Shown in pieces: positions 1 to 13,700 of a stretch of DNA of 64,000 nucleotides. Where the stretch lies: positions 67,208,001 through 67,272,000 of the forward strand of contig OZ260665.1 of assembly GCA_965285935.1 (NCBI GenBank), given 5' to 3'. The notes under the pieces are model-generated. The model made no database searches. It worked only from the letters and a program-made list of their open reading frames with translations, and was not told where the DNA came from. A program made the translations under genes and the position numbers. Source of the DNA: Ophelia neglecta (Eukaryota). The stretch's first letter is position 1. Each line of letters starts with the position of its first letter.

Positions 1-1484
1 GGTCTATATAATTTACTTATAATGAGGGTTTAAAGTCGAAGATCTTCTTAAAATTCACCTTCATCGCAATAAAACCTAACTCGTATAGGAATTGCCTGGT
101 AATAGCTACAGCATATGTATGGAAAAAGTGAATAAAGCGAGGGTTCGCCAATTACACATTGTAAATAGTTGTGTGGTCTTTTTCTGTTTTGTTTGTTCTA
201 CAGGTAATTGGTTCATAAAACTTACCGGCATACCCAAAGCAACCTTACAGGACAATGATACACGTACTCCACTATAGTATACCTTTCAGTAACGAATATG
301 TAGAGACCAGGAGTTTTAGCTGTGCCCAAGTTTTTATAACTTGGCATCTAAATTACATGGTTGTTGTATATTCTTATCATCCGATATCCTATGCCTCCTT
401 CATAAATACTTGTTATTGCGTGTGTTTACAGGTGCTGCCCTTACAATGTTCTCGGATATATGAATAGGGAAACCACACACCTGCTTTCTATAGCTTACAG
501 GCGTTAAATACAATATTTTATAAATCTTGAGCTCAAAATGACTGTATTCATTTAACTTACATTACTTATTATTTCTGCTCACTCCTGGTCATTAACTTTA
601 ATATTTTACATGCCTCGGAGCTACTTGCTTTAGAACTAAATATGTATACGGTTGTTTTGACCATAGCAGGAAAGCCTTAAGTATTCCAAAGAAGTGAACA
701 TCTGAGCATTTGATAATACCCTATTATATATACATATATATATATATAATTACCCGCATAAACATGCATACAAACACAAAAACACACACCCTCCTTGATT
801 TTTGAGGATATATAAATGGACCCTCAATGAAATAAATTATGACGCCATGTTAGTTGCATGCATGCAGGTTTCATGGATACGCCTCCCCAATCTGCTCATT
901 AAATCTCATGCATGCAGTTGGCTGTGTTGACCGAGATCCCCGCTCCATCACGGGCGAATTCACGTGTTACAGAAGACTATTACTTTTACAATTTGTTTAC
1001 AAAACTGTCAAAGTATACATAGTCATTTCGGAAAAGAACTAAAAATCTCTTTTGATCATGGAATCAGGTATAGCGTCCCCGTCGTTAGTTCGTCAGTTAC
1101 CTGTAAGATGAAAATAAGCTGTTTGTGCTAAAAGTAAATTTTAGTAATAGGAATTAAGTTCAATGTAAGTACCCTATGGAGTGTCACCAAAAGAGGATAC
1201 AACTCTCTCTTCCGAACAGACCAATATCCCTTACTTTGAACTATCGGCATTTAACTCAGAACAATAACGTTACTGTCATTTTCCAGGGTTATTGTTGATA
1301 TTCAGAATGGCACAGCCAAGGTACATGTGTTAACCTATATCACTTTGTAGGTCTTTGTAACTTTTCGACCAACAAAATGAATCATTTAAATGTCACCCCT
1401 TTGCTCAAATCCCCCCGAACGCGAGGAAACATGAATATTCAAGATAGGAGACTGCTTGCTGATCATTAGTTCGCAAATTAGTTA

Positions 1485-1660
1485 CAGTAAAACCTGGCCT
1501 AAAGGACACCTAAAAATTAGAGACACACTGACTATTAAGGACATTGTTTTAGGTAAAGTTGTAATACTTTACATGCAAAGTTAGCTGTGAAAAAAGGACA
1601 ACTAAGAAAAGAGGACAGATTTCCAGTCCCTTGGCTGTCCCTAATTGTTGGGTGTCACTG
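1485..1660. mobile_element. Tc1/mariner-type MITE (CAGT termini, TA target)
   Basis: TA|CAGTAAAACC ... GGGTGTCACTG imperfect TIRs with internal AAGGACA repeats. Related partial copies at ~48040-48135 and ~51940-52018 (ending TTTTACTG|TA). Confidence 0.6.
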
Positions 1661-2089
1661 TTGTTTAATGTTCAGTAGATATGGAAAATATATGATTATC
1701 GCATCAGTTGCAAGATGAAACGCTGTAGTTTCACGTTCCTTTCAGGAAAAAGAATGAAACATTATTCCGCGTCGAATCTAGCATTCTAATCATTGTGATA
1801 TCACAGTAATTGCTTTCTGATGTTACATATCAGCTAGCAGCAACGAGAGTTTATATATAGAATTTTTATTTAATAACTATGCTATATTAAGTTATATTTT
1901 TATACTATATAGACGTTAATGGGGTAAAATTGGAGCTGTGTTAAACAGGAAAGTAGATATTAATTAAAACACTACTGTTACTAGTATGGTATCTATAAAT
2001 CGTCGGATTATTTCGAAACCGAATAATCATTAACGAATTAAATAACTTTTAAGTATTTGGGCATGAAAACGAGACTAGAGAAACAGAAT

Positions 2090-2260
2090 AATTTGTTGGT
2101 TCAAAACAGATTTTGCGCTCTGAGGAATACAAATATCTAGGTAATTTATTCTCCGAGATAAAATCTATGGAGAGTAACATTTTCAAATATAATGTCTGCG
2201 ACAAAGCAACAAAAGCAATATTCAATATTCAGGGTTCAACCATATCCCTGGGAAAATTGC
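2090..2260 (+). mobile_element. Short LINE RT C-terminal fragment
   Basis: EEYKYLGNLF followed by KATKAIFNI, resembling the 'YKYLG...KA.ka.f' segment of non-LTR RTs. Confidence 0.45.
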
Positions 2261-2577
2261 CATATATTGGATCATAATCACATATGCACGTTCCGTAAAA
2301 CTTTGATTCTATTTAACTGATGTTTCATGTGGGATTTTGACCGCATGTTGAGAGCATGCATGTGAAACATGTACGTGTTGTGATGTATGCGCCTGAATTT
2401 GTATAGATTCATTTTAAAATGTGTTATTAAGATTTGGTGTTTTATCTGTCTATATATGTCACAACAAAGTTATTTATTTTAATTGACTATTTCATTCCAC
2501 TGTAGTCGCTATCAAAGCGTCTTATTAGAAAACCACATTTTAAGTAGATTTGTTTGTATGTGGGCCACATATTGATA

Positions 2578-2582
<5 letters not shown>

Positions 2583-2622
<40 letters not shown>
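2583..2622. repeat. (AT)n microsatellite
   Basis: About 20 AT dinucleotides. Confidence 0.95.
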
Positions 2623-2625
<3 letters not shown>

Positions 2626-5600
2626 GCGTGTGAGGATGTTTAGAGTGTGAAGTGTGCGTGTAAATATACTCTTTGTAAGCATGACTGAAATGACTGAATA
2701 AAACAAAATGATAATAATAATAATATATTATCCAAAATGCCTTCTTTACACCTTGTCTTAAATATTTTTTTACATGCCCTGGCATTTAAGGTATTGATGC
2801 CCAATTGTTAAATTACTTTGTTATTTTCATAGTATATGTCTATAGATATACAAAAGGTAAAACATTGCGTTTTTCAAACCATATTCCTATAACAAAGTCT
2901 GCACACTCACGAGCCAAACCTAGGGTTTGGAGAAATCACCTGCCATTAAGCCAAACTGATAACCTAGTGATTGGATGGCTGAAGATATATTCTAGCGGAG
3001 AGTGTTGTCATTAGTTTGGTATTAAAGGATTGCGATGGGTTGGGGAAGGACGGCGGTAAAGTCAACTGTTTATCGATATAGACTATAAACAGGCCGACGC
3101 GCAACTGGCGGATAAAAAGGGAGCGGAGTGCATTGTGGCTATGGCCCCTCCCAATCTATCTTTTCAAACGTTTTCCAGGCAGCCCTAGACTATAAAAGGA
3201 GTGCTTCCTCCTCCCAACGGTTTCTTAAGGGCCAAGACACTCTCTTGGAAGAAACATCCCCACACACCATTCTCATGGTAGCTGGCGTCCTCAGATTTCT
3301 AGTTCCGCCTGTGACGTGGCACCGAAGAAGCTTCCAGCAAGCACACTCTGGTAATCTGGTATGCCTAATAGCGAAGGATGCCAAAGCATATCTCCTTATT
3401 AACATAATTCATAATCGGACCACGAGTAAACACATTTTGAGTGCAAATTTCTTTCAATATGCTCGTTTACCCATTGTGGGCTGTACCCAGATATTTCTGA
3501 GATGTACAGGTATGAGCAACAAGAGTTATTCCAAATTGACTGTACATGGTTTATAGAAATAAAGTGATACACCTCTCGTTAAAAAAATATCTCCTTATTA
3601 ACAGGCCTCGTTTAAACCGTACCACACTCAAAATAAGATGAACAAATTCTATTCCTTTTCTCGTCAGTGGCATCAGGGCGCATTTATTCCTGGAGATAAG
3701 CATATAATTGCATTCTAATATTGGCCAAGTAATATCTTGGAAGAATTGTTTTATTCCACCAAAAGTATTATAGACCCAGTTCCTACATAATTAGATTATG
3801 TGCAACACTTATTCAAACGATGTTATTAAATAAAAGTATTAATTTAAAGTGTATTTTTGGCTCAATTTGTTCATATAACGTGTGTGAAATATCAAACTTT
3901 ATAAATGAAAGCAAATACCAAGAGGGTAGTGATACCTATAACATATAAAATGGTTTAAAGAAAGAAGAGTGATCTTTTGATAAAAGGGAATAGTTATTTA
4001 GATTATGAAGATATGTGAACTAATGGAAAAAGCTAACAAAGAGAAGTAGACAAATGATTACCTCATTACGTCATGAGTAGTTAAACACCTGACATTTTCT
4101 TTCATATTAAACCTTTGAAAGAACACACATGGCTCATCGTTACCTATAATTCATGTCTACTAGTTTCACAATTAGCCAGTGTAATGGCATCCATAAGTAA
4201 TCGATCTTTTTACTGTCAGGTGTGTGTGTTTGGGGGGTGGGGGGGGGGGGCGGAGCCTGTTTTAGAAAATTATATTTATATTTTATTTGAAAATACAGGT
4301 GCAATGTTCGTGAATGTGTAAATGTTTTACATTGCCATGCATGCATAATACAAATACGGTAAAACTATAAATCATCAAATATTAATACTGTGTGCTTTTC
4401 TCTCATTAAGACGATTTTATTAAAATAGAACGTAAGAACTTCAACAAAGCCAAGGACAACAAAATAGATATTCGTTGATCAGAACAAAGTATGCGAATTA
4501 CCCGGCAAAGAGGCAAAGAGCAGCAGGGGTGGGGGGGGGGGGTCTTAATTACGACTTTACGATCCTCTGATGGGAACACGTGGTCAAAAATCCCCAATTT
4601 CGGGGGGGGGGGGGGGGGTAATATAAATGGTTGCATGGAATGGCCAATCGAACATCAACCTCCTCAAACCTACTTGAAGTTTCCGGTTCCCGAAAGCACA
4701 ACCAAATGTGTTATGTTGAGCTTGTCTGAATATGATGAAAAAAATAGTTCATAATAGATATTATTATATCTTTATGCGTAGCGTCATTGAGAGTTATAGT
4801 GTATGTGCGTGTTGGGGAGGGGGGGGGGGTCACATGAACAAAGGAAATATTACCCGATACCCTCTCCTCCTCATGCTGGTGATTAGTATATAGGCTAGTC
4901 CACCTTCCTCAGTAATGAGCGGCTCCTGACTTGGATACTCTGAGCCATGTGGCTGACATGAACAATCTTCATTCCCCTGACAAGAGTAGATTTGTTGTCA
5001 TGGCTTACCGGATGCCACTTTAATTTGATAAAAGCCATTAAAGGTGTTGAAGGCGTCAAGCGACCACGTGTTGTCCCGGTACAGGGGAAGATTCTTCTCT
5101 GTTCTAATTAGGGTTTTTATTATTGGATTTCTTATTACATTCCTTCATAATGACATTGGCACTTCAAAAGAAAGGTATGTTGTTATCCTGTTTCACCTGT
5201 TGTGAGTGAAAGACGCATTAGCGGCATGGAACAATCCCAGCTAACAAGATATAGATAGTAAAATTATTAGTTTTATAATATTTTGCAATGACATTGATTC
5301 ATGCTTTGAAATGTTTGTAAATTTCTATTTGTCGAGCTATAAACAGTGTTTATTTTTATTTTTTGTACAGTCTTAATAATGTTTTTGAGTATCCTAATAA
5401 AATGTATAAATATCTGTTCTTTAAACAATATAGGTAGTTTATTTTACAAAAAGGTTTAGTTTTAAAATGTTTTTGTCGAGCTTCATATTTGACCTTTAAA
5501 ATAGTTTTTATAACTTTATGAAATTTGTTCTCACAATGTTATTCACATAATTTTTTTTGTTGAGCTTTATACTTGATATTCAGAACATTTTTAAAATAGT

Positions 5601-7399
5601 CTTCATGATTTTATTGCGTATATTCTAAAACCTTCCACATAAACAGGTGAGCAAAAAGGGACTATCGATTGCCATCAGTGAGTGCACTTGCAGTTTGCCA
5701 GTCTACATACTGGGACCATGATCCCCATTGCCCTACTCACAGACTCTGATCCACTACGCGACTAGGATATTGGGGGAGGGGGGGGGAGGATAAATGACAG
5801 CAGGCAATGTGAACAGGGTAGTTCCCCTGGGGGACATGGTCCCTAATCTAAACCGGTAGAGCGCATGCTGTTGCCAAATAAGGAACAAGTCGCGGTAGGA
5901 ACATGGCTGTATAAATGATGTCAGCTGACTCATTCGGAGCCGTCAGGTGGAGTCTACCCGTGACAGGACATGATGAGTTGACTAAGTTAGTATGGCAAGT
6001 CAGGACCCCTGTCCCATATTATAATAACGGAAATTAGGGAATGGGTAACTGAAATGAGCTGACCCATTGCTGAGCAACCTATGTGCGATTCACCACTTAA
6101 CCAACTACGAGAGTTTTCATTGCCCCTCCCACCATCCCCACCCCCACCCCCCAAGGATGTCCTACTTCGAGGCTAAGCGTTCTCTTCCTTTTAGTCAGAC
6201 ACCTGCTTCCACCCTTCGGGCATTCCAGGCAAGGTACCAAGCACACATGTCTCGGATGAAGCCATTGTAGTGCACGTTGTGCCGTCATGACAGATTACAG
6301 GGGGAGCATTGGGTATTGTCTGACAGCCATCACACCTCTGCCTAGTCCCTCACACGTCCTAAGAGCTGTATACGTGACAGGCTCTGCAGGACCAAAGTGG
6401 TCGGTCAGGTTGGACCAACATCACAGATGATCTCTGAAAACACACAGCAACTCTATTCACAGTTTACCTTGAGCATTGGTAATCTGACCGCCTGTTGAAT
6501 AAAGCAATAATATAACCGTCTCTCCTTAACCGATAACTTCCTTTATATAATTCACCACCCTAACCCCACTGGTTGAAATGAAAGAAAACAAGTTTCGTTT
6601 ATCGTCAACATTAAATCGGATAACTTTCAGTATCCCGCGACCGTTTCCTTATATCACGTTTTGTTCTAAGTAGATGAAAACGTAATGAATGGATAAGTGA
6701 CCCTCCCGGGGCTTCACGGCCCATTATGTTATAGTTAAAGTATCTAACGTTACAATCTAACATTCAGAATGCAGCATCACATCATAAACAGAGCTACAAA
6801 GGCGTATTGTACATGCAGGGACGAGTGTGGGCTTCCATTTCCTTCTAACATTGACAGACATGACTCAGCTACGTAAATAATATGATGCCATTCATCTATG
6901 GTAACAGTCGTGGTATAGAACTAATACCAATCATTCATCACATGTAATGTCTAAATCGACATCGTATATATATTGTAATTTCTAAAAACTTCTTCGATCA
7001 CATTTACACATTCCAGCCACAGGAGACTTTCATACTCAGCCTACTGATATGCAAGAGATAGTAGTATATATTATTAAGAAACTTTTATCCTTCTCCAGTA
7101 TTTAAACACAACCAAAAAACTTTGGAAAAAACAGAGTGGCTGCCTGACTCGGCAAGCGCTGCCCAATTAATAAACCACCCGGGAAAATTAGGAATTTAAA
7201 AGCCCGTCTGTCGTTTAGGTCTGTTGTTTTCTCTTTTCAATTTTTGACATCAAAATTTTGGGGTCTCATTTTATTGTTTAAGTTATCCTGTTTGTTTTAC
7301 TTAGCGCAATGTCTATTAAATCTGCAAGTGGCTTCATTTACAGATGAATATTCAGTTTTACAGAACAGACTTACAGTCGTTTATTTGTTACCTTTTAAC

Positions 7400-7800
7400 T
7401 AGAGATAAACAATAAATGCTTTTTTCTTAACTACCAATCTTACTCTTCATGTCCCCTAATATGAAGACTTCCCCAATGATGCAAATATAAGCGAAGGTTT
7501 CTTCATCTTGCAACTTAATTGTATATGCGAATCTATGAACTTGTGAGCTGCTTGGTGGGAATATAAACATTGGCAAAATAATAGTCCTTAGTAAAACCAA
7601 ATAGATGCTTGTGAAGCTTGGACAAAACTGTTTCTCCGGACTCCTGAATTTCTTCTAGAACTTGGGAATAAATAAATTATTGTTTGTCGTCCATCCAGAT
7701 ATATTTCGATGCCTGATTTTATATCATTACTCTCAAACCAGTGCTAACAATTTTTTAAAATTCTCAATACTAATCTTGGCGTCTCAACCTCCTTCTATGG
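7400..7800 (-). mobile_element. Possible decayed LINE endonuclease fragment
   Basis: Minus strand GEVFILGDMKSKIG (~7435-7478) resembles the APE 'GDxNSR.G' motif. Extent is a guess. Confidence 0.35.
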
Positions 7801-9197
7801 GAAACTGTATACAGAGTTAACTCTTTTTGTCCAATTACGACAAAAAATAATTTAAAATTCCATCTGCACCCTAGGTTAATCTTGTCCTCTATATTTTTCT
7901 CAAATAGACGATTTTATTCTAATACTCAACGCGAGGCTATACTCTGTCATTTTTTCAGCTATGTATGGCACTTCTGAGGCTCAAACCTCGCCCACCAGTT
8001 GCTAAACTTATCCGAAAAACTAGGCCTATAGTTTGTGGGGAAGTCAGTCCTTATTGTCACATTTCCTATTCACTAATAGTTATACTTGTTTTGGAGGGAG
8101 GGTATATCTGACCATAGATTTAAAGCATATTATAAATTTCTTATAATCGCGTATCAGCAAAAGATCAATTAAACATTTTCTGAGTAATGTCCCCGTTTAA
8201 AGAAAATCTTTATGTTTGTTGTTTGGCCATTAATCGGCACTTTATTACAAGGTGCAAGGCATCATACACTAATGTTACTCTTCGCTGCTCGGTAAGTGAT
8301 GCAGCTTGCTCATTTTGCCCTACACAGGCCTGTCAAATCTCATATTTTTTTTCTGTATCAAGTGGCAAAATAATTGTTTGAGGATTTTTGCGCACGGAAG
8401 GCCTATCCGGATTGTTCCCGGGTGAATGTGTCGCTTCAACATATTAATTTGGTCATTCAAAAATAGCTAAGGTCATGAACTATCGGTCGGGTCCTACTTA
8501 GTTCAATATTCGACACCCCGGTGGACTGTCTGCCGTTGCAACCTTGTTGTTGCTCGGTTCAATCTCATTTAATACCGGACATAAATAACAGGGGGTAATT
8601 TGGTAACCAAGAGGGTTGGATATAAATGGATTAAGGGCGTCCCATATTACACCCCGGGTAGAGAGACCCTGCCTAAGCCCTCTCATTGGCTAATATTGCC
8701 TTGGTTCTTGGTAACTCTTGGTGGCACACGTTCGGTACGTGAATAGACCAGCTTTTACTCTTTACTCAATTCCTCAGTTACTCAGTCGAGGACCGGCTCG
8801 GAAGATCTCGACACATTCTCACATTAGAGCCCTGGCGCTCAGGTAGGGACTACAATTCTAAGCATTTTAAGTTAATTTTTCTGGCGCATTTCTCCAAAGC
8901 TAAACTAGGCCTACGTCCTGAATGACCAAAAAGACCCCGAGTTTTCGCACACAGAGCATGTTAAGCAATCAAATATTTACCACCCTAGAATGGATATGGC
9001 TAAGGAGAACCAAACTGGGACAAAGTTAGCGTATCCATTTGACCTACTTTTGCCCCATCTCGACTCTAATTTACTTCTATAAGGCTCTTGCTTACAGGCT
9101 CTTTCTTACAGTTAATTATTCTGGATCCATTTTAAGTAGCGCGATCGAGGGAAGAAGCCACGGTGGGCGGGGGGGGGGGGGGGGGGAGGAGGGGGGC

Positions 9198-9996
9198 TAT
9201 ACTCAAGTCATCGTCGGTCCTTCCTCACCCGGGTGCCCTATACTCAAGTCATTATCGGTCCTTCCTCACCCGGGTGCCATACACTCAAGTCGTCGTCGGT
9301 CCTTCCTCACCCGGGTGCCCTATACTCAAGTCATTATCGGTCCTTCTTCACCCGGGCGGCCTACACTCAAGTCATCGTCGGTCCTTCGCCACCCAGGCGC
9401 CCTACACTCAAGTCATTATCGGTCTTTCTTCACCCGGGCGGCCTACACTCAAGTCATCGTCGGTCCTTCGCCACCCAGGCGCCCTACACTCAAGTCATCG
9501 TCGGTCCTTCCTCACCCAGGCGCCCTACACTCAAGTCATCGTCGGTCCTTCCTCACCCAGGCGCCCTACACTCAAGTCGTCGTCGGTCCTTCCTCACCCG
9601 GGTGCCCTATACTCAAGTCATTATCGGTCCTTCTTCAGCCAGGCGCCCTACACTCAAGTCATCGTCGGTCCTTCGCCACCCGGGCGGCCTACACTCAAGT
9701 CAACATCGGTCCATCCGCACCGAGGCGCCCTACACTCAAGTCATCGTCGCTCCTTCCTCACCCGGGTGCCCTATACTCAAGTCATTATCGGTCCTTCCTC
9801 ACCCAGGCGCCCTACACTCAAGTCGTCGTCGGTCCTTTCTCACACGGGCGCCCTACACTCAAGACACTATCGGTCCTTCGCCACACAGGCGCCCTACACT
9901 CAAGTCATTATCGGTCCTTCGTCACCCAGGCGCCCTACACTCAAGTCATTATCGGTCCTTCCGCACCCGGGTGCCATACACTCAAGTCGTCGTCGG
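9198..9996. repeat. GC-rich minisatellite, 41-bp unit, 19.5 copies (TACACTCAAGTCATCGTCGGTCCTTCCTCACCCRGGCGCCC)
   Basis: Exact 41-bp periodicity from 9198 to 9977 with no indels; immediately preceded by a G tract (9163-9196). Confidence 0.97.
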
Positions 9997-10364
9997 CACT
10001 TTATTTCCATTCTAACAAATGGAGTCCTGCAAGGCCAGACGTATAAGTCAAATTCTCACCACTTCTCCGTCAGGCGTGCATATGTCGGTGTTATCTGTAG
10101 TGTTTGTGTACAGCAGAGCATATGATATAAGAGTAATCAATCCAGTAACTGGTGGTTACATGAACTATGAAGTCGACGCTCCATAATCAGTGCTCATTAT
10201 GGCCGCACAATGAGCACGTTTGGCACCTTGACTGACCCACCATGCTGCGAACAAAGGCAGGATGGTAAGGTTCGGTGTAGATCAAAGCTAAAACAAGACT
10301 AGATTGTTTTTCTGCCTTTCCTCAACTAAAGGATTCCTTGCGTGTCGTGCAAGTATACCTGAGC

Positions 10365-10535
10365 TGTGATTGGCGGCGCCATGGCGGGGGATGAGCCGAC
10401 CACGTGGGAGAACGGGCGTGGTGAGGGGTACGATTTACCAGCAGCAAATCACCTCTGTTGCCGAGAAGGTCGGTGGAAGAGCCGTAAGACTGCTAGGATT
10501 TATACCAGGCATATTGATGGCTAATGACGTCAGAT
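10365..10535 (+). promoter_or_regulatory. Putative C16orf89 promoter: reverse CCAAT (10369), YY1-like CCATGGCGG (10379), E-box CCACGTGG (10400), GC box GGGCGTGG (10414), CRE TGACGTCA (10525)
   Basis: Dense consensus motifs in a CpG-rich patch 180-350 bp upstream of the ATG. Confidence 0.55.
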
Positions 10536-10714
10536 GAAGGAGCGACGTTAACCTCTAGATGTGATTACAGTAGAATCAATTTCGTCCCGCTCGGACACCG
10601 TTAACGTGCAGACGACAGTTAGTGTGGTCGAGCGTTTCCATATTGTCCTAAAGACATAAAGACAAACAACGTGAGCACCAACATTCCTCAGTTTTCGACT
10701 TAATCAAAACGAAT

Positions 10715-13700
10715 ATGAAACCGATAATTACTGTCTTAAATTTACTGGCCGTTGTACAAGTCATCAAGTCGGAGGACTCGCTTTTCCTTCAAACCGAAGA
10801 AAGTTTAAAACAAGTGTTGGATTCGCTTGATAGTGGATTGGATTTCATGGAGTCTGAATACAAAAAGGTCAATTTAGACGCCGCCATTGGAACTCGACTT
10901 GTTGAGGGTAAGTTTGGTTAGGTAATTAATTGTATTTGCTTTAGGGCAAGTCTTTTTTTGACAGATCTTCATTCACATAGACAAACAGGTAGGCGGACAT
11001 GAAATAGATAGATGGACGTGCACGGAATAATCGTTTCCGGATTTAAGACTCGTGGCTTGTCAGATAACATGATAAGCGATGTCCAACGGACAAACTGCAG
11101 TAGCCTATATAGGCCTATTACATTACTGACCTGCATAAAGAGGTTGTTACAGTTGTAAATTAAAGAAAATAATACATTTGCCCTCTGTCTTTTCAAGTTC
11201 CACGGCGTATAGGCTATAGTAAATTAGATCTTGGTTTGGGGAGTGAAACTACAATTAACTAAAAGCAGTGGCATTTTACTAGCGGAATGTAAACTACGGA
11301 CTTCACGTTCTATGGTATTGTTTTCTTTACGACAATGATGCTCATTTTGCATACCGTTGGGGACAATCGTAAATAGAACGTGATTTTTCCCCGCCATGTT
11401 GCCAACTAAGACATATCTTATAGCTGGAGTACGCTTTTGACTCATTTTGCAAGACGATTCCTGCACTATAAGAGCATCGTTCTCACTAACTGTAGCTCAT
11501 TCTTTTTGAATATGTCTGTTTGCGTACATTAGAGCTTTTTCGCCATTCTTCAGGAATGCATTTTACCTCTTGAGACTTAAAATTAATAATTATCTTTGGT
11601 TTCTTAATCGAAACATCTAGTTGGGTCATTTTGTGGAAAATCGTAAATGATTTACTTCATTTTTAAAGTTTTACAAAATCTTCATTGCACAAAGAATATA
11701 CATAAACACTCAATTGCTTCTAGGCTTATTAAAGTTTGTATAAATATCAATGACAGACTTTACACATTCTATAACAAATACATTCCTCTAGAGTTATATT
11801 GCACAAGAATATCGTTGTTCAAAATGAAATGACATAGTGTGTTTTTCTCGTGACATTTAAAACGAGTTCAAAAGGTATTTGCCTTAAAGTGCGAATGGTG
11901 GTTACGGGGGGGGGGGGGGGGGGGGGGGGCTTTTGAACCTCGTAAAGTATATCTTTCCACAAGTTGCCGCAGGGAGTCTCTATAGAGTTATTTTATAGGG
12001 TGTTTCTCCAAGAGAGTGGCCAGGGATAACCTCTGGATGGAAGCATCCATCACACACACTCGCCATAATAAAGATAATAATACAATTTAATTATTATCCC
12101 CTGCTCGTTTGAGCAATGTGTAAGTTATAAGAATGAATGAATTAACATGTGCAATAGGTTGCTAGAGGTTATCAAAGCACGCGTTAAATACTCTCAGCTC
12201 ATAATCTGTATTTCAACAATGATGGGAATTAACAAAATGTATTTTGGTTAAATTGAATCAGATTTAGTTTGTTAAATTATGTCAACAATCCAAGTCTTCC
12301 CTACCATAAAATAACTTTCATTGATTGTACTGAGCTGTGTTTTGCTAGAAAGGAAAAATATCTATGACTTATTCAAATCGAAACAAACGTAGACATAAAA
12401 GTTTGAGGCATGTACACAAGACATTTGTTTTATATATCTTAACTCACCAGCATCGCTTAAAGCAACGCAGTTAAATGTTTTTCTTCCACTAACAAATTCG
12501 TTTGCCTTAAGGAAATCTCTTTAAGTCTTAATCTGTTTCCTGCGCGGTTGGAGAGCTGTGTGGCTTGTCTTGCTAAGGGCTTCCTCTTTATGACATTATG
12601 CTAAGGGCTTCCTCTTTATGACATTATGCGCAGAAGAATATAAGTTAGAATAAGAGCACCAATGAACCATTGTCTGTAAAGATTAAGAAAACCACCTATA
12701 GGCCCATGTTATGTCATTGTCCTCTTCAATGTAATCGCCTGTATGAATGTTATGTATAGGCCTATATACACTGCTATAGTCCCATACGGGCTTATAGGCC
12801 TAGGGTCAAGTCAGGTTATATCGGGCATGTTTTAAAATTGAAAGCAGGAACTAGACTTATTCTTTATAAAGTCAAGCAGTTTAACGTATCCTTTAATTCC
12901 GCCCAGGAAGTGACGTTATTCCGAGCATATTGTGCACGGAACGACGTTTTGCAGCACGAAGGTAAAGTATGCACGAAATTAGAGGACTTTATGTTAATCT
13001 GATAGCTGAAGCCGCTGGTCGTAAGTCTCTCCGCAACACAGACCAATCATTGAAAGGGAACTCTTACTCATACACTGAGATAAAGGATATTTTGGTAATT
13101 CCGACAGTTAGTATATCAATCACCAGAATTTGAATTAATCGAACAAATGGTGTCATTTCTTGCCATAATCCCACTTAAGAATCCTCAAGACGAACAGGGA
13201 ACAGTTTTGATTACCTGACCATGGTTTGGCATATTCAACAGACTCAGTCATTATTTTGCTTCTAGAACTAAAAAAAAATAGCATCGCCCAAGCAATTTAT
13301 ATCTCTACCATATAGTCCTAGTAGTAGATAGTCCACTTTCGGACTGAGTGACAGTATGAAAATGAACATTCTTTACAATCAAGAAAAGCTTTATTTTGAT
13401 AAGACATTATAGATATACTTATATATTTTCTATATTATTTTAGCGGTTTTTTTCCCTTTGGTGGATGAACGTAGAATTCGTAATTGCACGATACTTTCAA
13501 TTTTGTCTGTTTCCAATATCACATTATGTGCTGGCGATAACGGGGGCTTATCATGCGGGAGAAGGGTCAGCCCAGCTGTGTCGCCGCATTTCAACCGGGT
13601 GATTCTGGCAAATAATCAGCTCAAGAGAGGATTAGAAGCCTAAAGGGGAATTGTGTCTTGATGTATATCAATTGACATTCTCAGTTGCCTAGTCATGAAA

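Noticed and set aside
3128-3556. 142-aa ORF
   Set aside because: Non-ATG start, no recognisable motif, no supporting splice structure.
9039-10125. Three overlapping 260-335 aa ORFs
   Set aside because: Artefact of a 41-bp unit with no stop codon on +; all three frames give the same rotating peptide, with no splice or domain support.
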